Source: an uncultured Sulfitobacter sp. (GTDB lineage Bacteria; Pseudomonadota; Alphaproteobacteria; Rhodobacterales; Rhodobacteraceae). From it: a stretch of DNA of 64,000 nt. The notes below the pieces were generated by a model, which ran no database searches, was not told the DNA's origin, and worked only from the letters and a program-made list of their open reading frames with translations. The DNA is taken from positions 23,564 through 87,563 of the forward strand of contig CAJJCJ010000014.1 of NCBI GenBank assembly GCA_905182645.1. The letters run 5' to 3'. Positions within the stretch are counted from its first letter, which is position 1; every line of letters starts with the position of its first letter. Made by a program: the position numbers and the translations under genes. Shown piece after piece: positions 10,530-18,917 of this stretch.

Positions 10530-11165
10530 ATGACACGTATCCTTCCCGGCGTTATCGCCATGGCCATCGTTGTGGTCGCCTCTAATATCCTCGTGCAATT
10601 CCTGATCCTCGACGGATTGCTGACTTGGGGGGCGTTCACTTATCCCCTCGCATTTCTTGTGACCGACATCATGAACCGAATTTACGGGGTCGCTGCGGCG
10701 CGCCGCGTTGTGTTCGTGGGCGTGATCGTGGGGATCATCTGTTCGCTGATCGGTAGTCAGGTCATGCTTGAGTACGGACCGGCTGTTGCGCTGCGCGTCG
10801 CGATTGGGTCGGCTACGGCGTTTTTGGTGGCGCAATTGCTTGATATTGCGATCTTTGATCGGTTGCGGAATGGGACTTGGTGGAAAGCGCCGCTGGTTTC
10901 CACTTTTGTCAGTTCAATTGTGGATACTGTGATCTTTTTCAGTATCGCGTTCGCGGCTTTCTTCAATGGTTTCAGCGGCATGGCTGCGGAGCAAGTGATG
11001 TGGGCGCAGGACGCTGTGCCGTTCTTGAACGCAGGGCCGCTGGTGCCGCTTTGGGTGTCGCTGGCTGTGGCGGATTGGGGTGTTAAAATTGGGATCGCGT
11101 TGATCGCGTTGGTGCCGTTCCGCATTATTGTTGCGCTGTATATGCCGCGCAAATCCGATATCTAG
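10530..11165 (+). CDS. Queuosine precursor transporter (YhhQ/VUT family)
   Basis: ASNILV, TWGAFTYPLAFLVTDI, AFLVAQLLDI, DTVIFF motifs. Confidence 0.85.
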   Translation: MTRILPGVIAMAIVVVASNILVQFLILDGLLTWGAFTYPLAFLVTDIMNRIYGVAAARRVVFVGVIVGIICSLIGSQVMLEYGPAVALRVAIGSATAFLVAQLLDIAIFDRLRNGTWWKAPLVSTFVSSIVDTVIFFSIAFAAFFNGFSGMAAEQVMWAQDAVPFLNAGPLVPLWVSLAVADWGVKIGIALIALVPFRIIVALYMPRKSDI

Positions 11166-11240
11166 TCAAAAACATTTTGACTTATACCAGATATATGCGA
11201 ACATCTGTTTAGTCGAAACATTTGAAAAGGAGGTGATCTA

Positions 11241-11297
11241 ATGCGTCATGAAGTATTGGAGAAGGCAGTCGGGACAACTTGGGGTAAACTAACCTAA
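11241..11297 (+). CDS. Putative 18-aa small ORF MRHEVLEKAVGTTWGKLT in a structured intergenic transcript
   Basis: Near-perfect SD AAGGAGGTGAT just before ATG 11241, a TTGACT -35-like hexamer near 11177, and hairpins downstream. Confidence 0.4.
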   Translation: MRHEVLEKAVGTTWGKLT

Positions 11298-11364
11298 GGC
11301 AATCTTTAGGTTTTTTGAACCAAGGTGGAGTTTCCTAACCGACCCCACCTCTGAAATTCAGATC

Positions 11365-11396
11365 AGGGCCATCCCAACGCGGGGTGGCCCTTTTTG
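11365..11396 (+). terminator. Rho-independent terminator
   Basis: GGGCCATCCC-aacgc-GGGGTGGCCC stem followed by TTTTT. Confidence 0.8.
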
Positions 11397-11462
11397 TTGG
11401 AAAATGGCTGTATTTTTCGCGTAGTTTTTGCATAAGTTTCGCATATGCCGTTTAAGGGCGAC

Positions 11463-11876
11463 ATGAAAATCACCGATACCATCGAGATTGCGGATTGGGA
11501 GCTGACCGAGAGCTTTACCCGCGCGTCCGGCCCCGGCGGGCAGAACGTGAACAAAGTGTCCACGGCGGTGGAACTGCGGTTCGAGGCGGAGCGGTCGCCA
11601 AACCTGACGGCGGCGGTTAAAATCCGACTGCAGCGGATCGCGGGTCAGAAGTGGACGAAGGACGGCGCGATTGTGATCTTTGTGCAAGACACACGAAGCC
11701 AAGCCCGCAACCGCGAGTTGGCCCGCGAACGGCTATCGGAGATGATCGTGGCGGCCACGCATGTGCCCAAACGCCGCCGCGCGACGAAGCCGACCTATGG
11801 GTCTGTGAAGCGGCGGCTGGCAGGGAAGAAAGAGCGCGGGGAAGTGAAGAAGCTGCGGGGGAAGGTGGAGGAGTAA
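11463..11876 (+). CDS. arfB: Alternative ribosome rescue aminoacyl-tRNA hydrolase ArfB
   Basis: RASGPGGQNVNKVSTAVELRF (GGQ), RSQARNR, basic C-terminal tail RRRATKPT. Confidence 0.93.
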   Translation: MKITDTIEIADWELTESFTRASGPGGQNVNKVSTAVELRFEAERSPNLTAAVKIRLQRIAGQKWTKDGAIVIFVQDTRSQARNRELARERLSEMIVAATHVPKRRRATKPTYGSVKRRLAGKKERGEVKKLRGKVEE

Positions 11877-11910
11877 TTATGCCTCGCCGCCCAATGATTT
11901 TTTGCCGCAT

Positions 11911-12090
11911 GAAACCCATATCAAAATTGATCTCAGCTTTAGGGGGTTTCCTGACCGCCATTTGTATTCACCTACTGGGATACTGATTGCGGAATGTGTG
12001 TTGGTGACCTGATGGGAATTCGGGCTGCCTGCTGTTTGGTTAAGGCTGGTCGCGTTTTTTGCGCGCCAGGTTGCTGAGAGGTCAAGGAGA
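11911..12090 (+). ncRNA. Putative structured RNA (msr/msd-like template or translational switch) upstream of the small protein-RT pair
   Basis: Long-range complementarity between TTGATCTCAGC (11927-11937) and GCTGAGAGGTCAA (12073-12085). Nested TGACCT/AGGTCA (12005-12010/12079-12084), hairpin 12046-12069, and GAAACCC/GGGTTTC (11911-11917/11944-11950). Boundaries are uncertain. Confidence 0.4.
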
Positions 12091-12095
12091 CGATC

Positions 12096-12293
12096 ATGGA
12101 GAAATTTATTCTTTATGTCCGCCTGTTTCGCGAAGTTGTGTTGACTTCAGTTCTTGTCATTAAGTTGATCAAGCTGATTCATGACTTTGTGATTCCGGCT
12201 CTTAACTATGTGAGCAGATGTTTTGAAAAACTATTCAAGCAAAATTCCATTAGGCGCCGACAAGTTTGCATACGAACAAGTTCCTTCGTTTAA
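12096..12293 (+). CDS. Small hydrophobic protein (65 aa), candidate RT-associated effector
   Basis: SD AAGGAG at 12084-12089; hydrophobic/amphipathic N-terminal half and basic tail; overlaps the RT start by 71 nt. Confidence 0.55.
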   Translation: MEKFILYVRLFREVVLTSVLVIKLIKLIHDFVIPALNYVSRCFEKLFKQNSIRRRQVCIRTSSFV

Positions 12294-13002
12294 ATTACTC
12301 GGCGAGGCCCTTAGCAGTAGAATATATGATGCTTGGCAGCCGCCATCTATATTCTATCACCATCGGAACGGAGGGCACATTGCAGTCCTAGACAAGCATC
12401 TTCAGAGTGACACTTTTTCAAGATTCGATATCAGCCAGTTTTTCAATCGTGTCACGAAAAACAAAATCATCAAGGCCCTCAAGACATGTGGATTCAGCCT
12501 CATAAAAGCCAGCGAGGCCACTGCGCATTCAGTTGTAAAAACCGAGGCCGGATTTCATTTGCCCTACGGGTTTACACAATCTCCTGCTTTGGCTTCACTG
12601 TGTCTGAATCGGAGCCAAGCAGGGAAATTCCTAGGGAAGCTGGATAAGGATATTTTGGTCAGCGTTTATGTCGATGACATAATCTTGTCGCACAAAAATG
12701 ACCCAATAAAGCTACGGAAAGTCTCCGAAAGTTTAATCGAAACTTTTACGTCTGTTGGATTCCCAATTTCAGAAACTAGAAGTGTCATCGCCCAACCAAC
12801 CATAACTGCATTCAACATCGAGCTTCATAATAATTCGATGGCGTTAACCCCTGAAAGACTTATTGGGTTTCACAATCAGGTTATTGCTGGCTGGCAAAGT
12901 GACGATGTACTGGTTGGCATTTATAACTACGTACTATCGGTTAACGCTGCACAAGGTGCTGAGATAGAGCATGCCATTAGCCGCATGCAGTCCCACCGTT
13001 AA
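12223..13002 (+). CDS. Short reverse transcriptase (retron-like / defence-associated)
   Basis: RT motif A RFDISQFF (12421-12444), motif B LPYGFTQSP (12559-12585), catalytic YVDD (12667-12678). TTG start; AT-richer than neighbours. Confidence 0.88.
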   Translation: MKNYSSKIPLGADKFAYEQVPSFKLLGEALSSRIYDAWQPPSIFYHHRNGGHIAVLDKHLQSDTFSRFDISQFFNRVTKNKIIKALKTCGFSLIKASEATAHSVVKTEAGFHLPYGFTQSPALASLCLNRSQAGKFLGKLDKDILVSVYVDDIILSHKNDPIKLRKVSESLIETFTSVGFPISETRSVIAQPTITAFNIELHNNSMALTPERLIGFHNQVIAGWQSDDVLVGIYNYVLSVNAAQGAEIEHAISRMQSHR

Positions 13003-14291
13003 ACCACAACCTCAACCTCCTCTTGCTCACCGACTCCAAACACCCGTTTGTAGCGAGCGATTTCTTTGCTTGGGCCCATGGCTTTGTTTGGGTTGTCGCT
13101 GAGTTTTACGGTAGGGTTGCCGTTGGCTTGGATTGCTTTGCACACGAGGGAGAATGGTGCGAGGGCGTCGTTTTGGGTGAGCCCTTTGAAGTCGTTGGTC
13201 AGCATGGTCCCCCACCCGAATGACACGCGGCAGCGCCCTGCGAATTGGGATTGCAGTTCGACGATTTTATCAACGTCGAGCCCGTCCGAGAAGATGACCA
13301 GTTTCTTGGTCGGGTCTTCGCCACGGGATTTCCACCAGTTGATCGCTGTCTCGCCCCCCGTCGCCGGATCGCCGCTGTCGACCCTGATCCCTGTCCAGCC
13401 AGCGAGCCAATCGGGCGCGCCGTTCAGAAACCCTTGTGTCCCGTAGGTGTCGGGCAGGATGATGCGCAGGTTGCCGTCGTGTTCCGCCTGCCAGTCCGCC
13501 AGCACGTCGTAGGGGGCTTGCCGCAGGGCGTCGTCGTTTTCGGCCAGCGCCGCATAGACCATCGGTAATTCATGTGCATTGGTGCCGATGGCGGGGACTT
13601 CGCGGTTTTTGGCGATCAGGCAGTTGGAGGTACCGATGAATTTGTCGCCCAACCCTTCGGACATGGCCTGCACGCACCAGTCTTGCCACAGGTGGCTGTG
13701 CCTGCGACGGGTGCCGAAATCAGCGATGGCCAGTTCCGGCAGGGTGCGCAGGGTTTCAACCTTTTCCCAGACTTTGGTTTTGGCGCGTGCGTAGAGCACT
13801 TCGAGCTCGAACCGCCCCATGATTTCCAGCACGGCCCGCCCGCGCAGTTCCATCAGGACCGCAAGTGCCGGAATTTCCCAAAGCATGACTTCGGGCCATG
13901 ATCCCTCAAACGTCAGCTCGTATTGCCCATCGACCTTTTCAAGATGGTAGGGCGGCAAGCGCAGGTTTTCAAACCAGTCCATGAATTCGGGCGTGAACAT
14001 TTGCCGTTTGCCATAGAACGTGTTGCCGCGCATCCAAGTGGATTCCCCGCGCGAAAGCGACAGGGTTCGGATGTGGTCAAGCTGTTCGCGCAGTTCGCCC
14101 TCGTCGACCAGATCAGCCAGCCGGATATGTTTGGACCGGTTGATCAGGGAGAACGTAACTTGCGTGTCGGGTTTGTTGCGGAACACGGACTGACACATCA
14201 GCAATTTGTAGAAATCCGTATCAATGAGCGACCGCACAATCGGGTCGATTTTCCATTTGTGATTCCAAACGCGGGAGGCAATATCGACCAT
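12999..14291 (-). CDS. pncB: Nicotinate phosphoribosyltransferase
   Basis: SLIDTDFYKLLM, DFGTRRRHS, GTNAHE, RVDSGDP, IFSDGL, VKLSDN motifs. Confidence 0.95.
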   Translation of the reverse strand: MVDIASRVWNHKWKIDPIVRSLIDTDFYKLLMCQSVFRNKPDTQVTFSLINRSKHIRLADLVDEGELREQLDHIRTLSLSRGESTWMRGNTFYGKRQMFTPEFMDWFENLRLPPYHLEKVDGQYELTFEGSWPEVMLWEIPALAVLMELRGRAVLEIMGRFELEVLYARAKTKVWEKVETLRTLPELAIADFGTRRRHSHLWQDWCVQAMSEGLGDKFIGTSNCLIAKNREVPAIGTNAHELPMVYAALAENDDALRQAPYDVLADWQAEHDGNLRIILPDTYGTQGFLNGAPDWLAGWTGIRVDSGDPATGGETAINWWKSRGEDPTKKLVIFSDGLDVDKIVELQSQFAGRCRVSFGWGTMLTNDFKGLTQNDALAPFSLVCKAIQANGNPTVKLSDNPNKAMGPSKEIARYKRVFGVGEQEEVEVVV

Positions 14292-14701
14292 AGATGTGTT
14301 CCTTTAGCTCTGGCTCGTTAGACCAAGGGACAGGGGGGCATGGCAAGGGCAATTACGTTGATAAACGTAGGCGAGGCTCAACCTTGGCCTTGCGGCAAAC
14401 GCGTCGCGAGATGTTGACCCACTTTTTTTGCCACGTCTTCACCAATCAGAACAACTGTAACGACTGCAAGTAGCACTGCACCTACGCCAGTTCCTTAAAC
14501 AAGCTGATCGATAGATCGGCATCCAAAATCAGTTGATAAAGAAATCCCGAAACATATTGCGGGGATCTTTGGGCATTTGACACACGCTTCATTATAGTAT
14601 GTCACCCTTTGATAGGCAATTTTGGCGCTAAAACTGAGACGCGACAAGTGCTTTTTTCGGACAGTTGTTGACCAGTGCCAAGCAATCAAAGGACCCAAAC
14701 C

Positions 14702-15553
14702 ATGCCCCCATCCCTGCCCCGCGTTGTTGTCATGGTCGTCATGGCCATGGTTCTTATCGTGTCGGGCGATGCGGCGGCGAAGGTACTGGGTGGTCAGGGG
14801 TTTGATCCTGTGTTCACTGCGTGGTCACGTTTTGCCTTGGCGGCGGTGATCATTGCGCCATTTGCGGGCTTACAGCGTAGCGACTTGGCGCAGGCAAAGG
14901 ACTGGCGGCTTATTCTGCGCGCAATGCTGATCGTTGGGGGGATTGTTTGCATTTTAACCGCGTTGCGGACCGAGGATATGGCGACCGTGTTTGGTGGGTT
15001 CTTTGTGGGGCCAATCGTGGCCTATGCGCTATCCGCGTTCTTGCTGGGTGAACGGGTAACTTTGGCCCGCACTATACTGCTTGGCCTCAGCTTTGTCGGG
15101 GTCCTGATCGTCGTGCGACCCGGGTTTGGGATGACGGCAGGCATGGGATTTGCCATCCTCGCGGGGTGTTTTCACGGATCGTATTTGGTGGCAACGCGGT
15201 GGCTGGCAGCTGGGTTCAGGCCACGATTTTTACTGCTATCACAACTTGTCATCGGGGCGGTCGTCTTGGCACCTTTCGCCGTCGGGCCATTGCCTGCCAT
15301 CACAGGCAACGCCGCGGTCTTGATTGGGATCAGCGCGATGGGGTCAGCATTGGGCAATCTGCTATTGGTGCTCGTGAACCGCACCACGCCTGCCAATGTG
15401 ATCGCCCCGCTAATCTATAGCCAACTGGTTGTGGCCACCGTTTTAGGAGTGATAATTTTCGGTGATTGGCCTGATAGTACAACATTGATCGGCCTTGCGG
15501 TTATCGCAATCGCAGGCGCGTCATCGGTGTGGTTTGCGGGGCGCGGACGCTAG
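14702..15553 (+). CDS. DMT/EamA family transporter
   Basis: Ten hydrophobic segments, FLLGERV, LIVVRPG, APLIYSQL. Confidence 0.85.
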   Translation: MPPSLPRVVVMVVMAMVLIVSGDAAAKVLGGQGFDPVFTAWSRFALAAVIIAPFAGLQRSDLAQAKDWRLILRAMLIVGGIVCILTALRTEDMATVFGGFFVGPIVAYALSAFLLGERVTLARTILLGLSFVGVLIVVRPGFGMTAGMGFAILAGCFHGSYLVATRWLAAGFRPRFLLLSQLVIGAVVLAPFAVGPLPAITGNAAVLIGISAMGSALGNLLLVLVNRTTPANVIAPLIYSQLVVATVLGVIIFGDWPDSTTLIGLAVIAIAGASSVWFAGRGR

Positions 15554-16032
15554 CCGCGTCTGACGACGGGGCGTTTGGCCATCTCTGTGTCATGGAGCCG
15601 CTTGGCGGTGGCGGGCGACACGCCAAGTGCGGCCTCGATGGCGTGCAGCAGTTCGTCTTCTTCTTCGTGCTCGACACCGTCGGCAAAGACCACTGACCAA
15701 AGGGCTGTCACCACCGCCTCGCGGTCATCGACGCTGATGGCATCGTGCAAAATACCCGCAAGATTTTTGGTATCGGACATTTCTTCTTCTAACAGCTCGC
15801 ATTGGGCGCGCATTTTGGCGGCTTGTACGGGGTTCAGATTGTAAAGCTTCGACAGGACTTTATCGATCTGTTCGACCTCTTCAAACAGATAGGCTTTGTC
15901 CACTTTGGAGGCGCGGACCATCAAGGCCCCAAGAGCCGTGCGCGCATCAGCGGCGGGCAGTTCGGTGTGAAACCCACCGTTGCCTGAGAAAAGCGATAAA
16001 ATACGGTCAAACATAAAGGCACCCAACATCAA
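15550..16032 (-). CDS. TerB family protein
   Basis: ALMVRASKVD and LWSVVFADGVEHEEEDELL motifs. Confidence 0.8.
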   Translation of the reverse strand: MMLGAFMFDRILSLFSGNGGFHTELPAADARTALGALMVRASKVDKAYLFEEVEQIDKVLSKLYNLNPVQAAKMRAQCELLEEEMSDTKNLAGILHDAISVDDREAVVTALWSVVFADGVEHEEEDELLHAIEAALGVSPATAKRLHDTEMAKRPVVRRG

Positions 16033-16081
16033 TCAATTCTGGCAACCACGCTAGGGGCAAGCGGCATAGGGCGCAATCATG

Positions 16082-18118
16082 TTAGCCTTCTTGCAGGATA
16101 TCCAGAAACGCTTCGCCAAAACGGTTGGCATATTTGTCACCCATCAGGCGGGCGAGCCCTGCTTGGTCCGCATTACGCAACTGTGCGACCTTAGCGAGCA
16201 CCGACGCAGAGCATGACATCGGCTTGTCTGCCCCGTCCGGTCCGCGTTGCAGGTCGGTTTGTGCCGCAAGCAAGCGGTCGTAAACCGCCCCCTCGTCGCG
16301 GCCTGCAAGTTTGCGCCGCACCGGATGCACGTCCTCAATGGCGCCTGCGATCACTTCAAGAAAAGCCTTGCCGAAACTTTCCAGTTTCTTGGCACCGACC
16401 CCGCCAATCGCGGCCATTTCATCTAAGTTTGATGGTCGTTTTTCCGCCATCTCGATCAATGTTTTGTCGTTGAAAATGATATAGGCCGGACCGCCAGCCT
16501 GTTCAGCAAGGAACCGTCGCTTGGCTTTCAGCGCCGACATCAACGGCGCGTCTTCCTCGGATACCAATTGGCGGACTTTGGGGCCCGACCCTTTGGCGTT
16601 ACGGATTGAATCGCGACGCAATGTTATCGACGCCTCGCCGCGCAAAATGGGCCGCGCATGGTCAGTCATGCGCAGTGCGCCGTATCTGTCGCGATCAGGG
16701 CGCATCAGATCGTGCCCCATCATTTGCCGGAAAATCGCCTGCCATTGGTTTTTACTAAACTCTTTGCCAACGCCGTAGGTCGGCAGACTGTCATGGCCGC
16801 GTTGATTGATTTTATCGGTTTTGGCGCCCAGCAAGATGTCAATCAGATGGCCTGCCCCAAACCATTCATCGGTCCGCAGCGCAGCTGACAAAGCCATGCG
16901 CACAGGCGTCGTAGCGTCAAACGTTTCAGGTGGTTTGTCGCAAAGATCACAATGGCCGCAGGGGCTTGGGTCTTCGCCAAAATAACTCAGCAGGGTCTGG
17001 CGGCGACATACCAGCGCCTCAGCCAAACCAAGCAGCGCGTTTAGGCGCCCATGATCGGCAGCGCGGCGATCGGCGGGGGCCAAGCCTTCGTCGATTTGCT
17101 GACGGCGATACCGGATATCGTCGGGGCCAAACAGCGTCAGGGTTTCAGCAGGGGCACCGTCACGACCCGCGCGACCGATTTCTTGGTAATAGCTTTCGAT
17201 CGTCTTGGGCAGATCGGCGTGCGCGACCCAGCGAATATCGGGCTTATCAATGCCCATGCCAAAGGCGACGGTGGCACAGACGATCAAGCCGTCTTCTTGT
17301 TGAAAACGACGTTCCACCATGCGCCTGCTTTCGGCGTCCATACCACCGTGATACGAACAAGCGGTATGGCCTGCATCATTCAACGCCTTAGCAAGCGTTT
17401 CGGTTTTCGCGCGGGTGCCGCAATAGACAATGCCGGACTGACCTTTACGGGCTGCAGCAAAGTTCAAAATCTGCGCGCGCGGGCCATCTTTGACCTCAAA
17501 CGCAAGATGAATATTGGGCCGATCAAAGCCCCGTAAAAACGTCGATGGTTGCACACCGTCAAACAGCTTTTCGATAATCTCGACTTGGGTTTCAGCGTCT
17601 GCAGTCGCGGTGAACGCGGCCAATGGGACATCCAGCAAGCGGCGTAATTCGCCAATACGCAGGTAATCAGGGCGGAAATCATGACCCCAAGCACTGACAC
17701 AATGCGCCTCGTCAACAGCGATCATGCCAACACCGACGCGGCGCAGCATCTGCATGGTGCCGCCTGACGACAACCGTTCGGGGGCCATGTAAAGCAGGCG
17801 CAATGTGCCCGCCTCAAGGCCCGCCCAAACGGCTTCGGTTTCTTCTTCGGTATTGCCGGACGTTAGTGCGCCTGCCTCGACGCCCACTGCCTTAAGCCCG
17901 CGCACCTGATCGCGCATCAGTGCAATCAGCGGGGAAATTACGACAGTCACACCAGTGCGCATCAGCGCTGGAAGCTGAAAACAAAGCGATTTACCACCGC
18001 CCGTCGGCATAATCGCCAGCGTGTTTTCGCCCGCAATGACGGCATCCACAATCTCGCGCTGACCGTCGCGAAATGCGTCGAATCCAAAGACATCCTTAAG
18101 CAGTTTATCTGCGGGCAT
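16082..18118 (-). CDS. recQ: ATP-dependent DNA helicase RecQ
   Basis: MPTGGGKSLCFQLPA, DEAHCVS, YYQEIGRAGRDG, Zn-binding Cys and HRDC. Start reassigned to MPADKL. Confidence 0.95.
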   Translation of the reverse strand: MPADKLLKDVFGFDAFRDGQREIVDAVIAGENTLAIMPTGGGKSLCFQLPALMRTGVTVVISPLIALMRDQVRGLKAVGVEAGALTSGNTEEETEAVWAGLEAGTLRLLYMAPERLSSGGTMQMLRRVGVGMIAVDEAHCVSAWGHDFRPDYLRIGELRRLLDVPLAAFTATADAETQVEIIEKLFDGVQPSTFLRGFDRPNIHLAFEVKDGPRAQILNFAAARKGQSGIVYCGTRAKTETLAKALNDAGHTACSYHGGMDAESRRMVERRFQQEDGLIVCATVAFGMGIDKPDIRWVAHADLPKTIESYYQEIGRAGRDGAPAETLTLFGPDDIRYRRQQIDEGLAPADRRAADHGRLNALLGLAEALVCRRQTLLSYFGEDPSPCGHCDLCDKPPETFDATTPVRMALSAALRTDEWFGAGHLIDILLGAKTDKINQRGHDSLPTYGVGKEFSKNQWQAIFRQMMGHDLMRPDRDRYGALRMTDHARPILRGEASITLRRDSIRNAKGSGPKVRQLVSEEDAPLMSALKAKRRFLAEQAGGPAYIIFNDKTLIEMAEKRPSNLDEMAAIGGVGAKKLESFGKAFLEVIAGAIEDVHPVRRKLAGRDEGAVYDRLLAAQTDLQRGPDGADKPMSCSASVLAKVAQLRNADQAGLARLMGDKYANRFGEAFLDILQEG

Positions 18119-18258
18119 ATACGGGGGACCTGTAGTGTTTTGGTTTCTATTGTTAGCGGCGACAATCCCACATGCGGAATCTGCAAACAAGGGCGCATCG
18201 CGCACCGTTGCCAAGCCAGACGCAACCGCTTACCCATATCGCAACATCAGGAGGCATC

Positions 18259-18906
18259 ATGGGCGAAATCATACTGGTCCGGCACGGGCAGGCAAATTCG
18301 GCGGCAACTGACGAGGCAGGTTATGACAAACTGTCAGAGCTAGGGCATCAGCAGGCAGCATGGCTTGGCGATTGGATCAACGCACATGATGGACCGTTTG
18401 ATGCGGTTTTCTCAGGCTCTCTGCGCCGCCAACGTGAGACCGTTGCGGGCATGGGATTCACGGATGTGACCGTAGATGAGCGATTGAACGAGATCGCCTA
18501 TTACGATCTGACCGCCGAAATGGACGCGCTGAAACTCGTGCCACCACGCACCAGCCCCGAGGACTTTGTGACACATTTCCCTGCGACATTGACCGCTTGG
18601 CGCGACGGGAAAATCCAAGGGACCGAAACCTACGCCAACTATAGCGACCGCGTTGAGGCCTTAGTTCAAGAGGCCGCCCAACCAGGTAAGCGCATCCTTT
18701 GCGTAACCTCTGGCGGGATCATCGCGCGGGCCGTGGCGCATATTTTGCACCTCGATATTCCGCAGATGGCCCAGATTGCGTTGCCGATTTTGAACACATC
18801 GGTGCACCGCATTCATGTGACCGATCACGGAAATATCCTTGGCACGTTTAACAGCGCCCCGCATCTGGACCACAGCGACCGGATTGCGGCGCGTACACAT
18901 TATTAG
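18259..18906 (+). CDS. Histidine phosphatase family protein
   Basis: LVRHGQA motif; SD AGGAGG before ATG 18259. Confidence 0.87.
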   Translation: MGEIILVRHGQANSAATDEAGYDKLSELGHQQAAWLGDWINAHDGPFDAVFSGSLRRQRETVAGMGFTDVTVDERLNEIAYYDLTAEMDALKLVPPRTSPEDFVTHFPATLTAWRDGKIQGTETYANYSDRVEALVQEAAQPGKRILCVTSGGIIARAVAHILHLDIPQMAQIALPILNTSVHRIHVTDHGNILGTFNSAPHLDHSDRIAARTHY

Positions 18907-18917
18907 GGAGAGGGCGG

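Noticed and set aside
12223-13002. RT as part of a group II intron, DGR or CRISPR adaptation module
   Set aside because: It is too short for an intron-encoded protein and has no maturase domain or recognisable domain V. No template/variable repeat pair or avd-like gene is present, and there are no cas genes or array in the window.
15550-16032. TerB gene as part of a defence island
   Set aside because: It is a solitary terB-family gene in a housekeeping context beside recQ, with no other ter genes.
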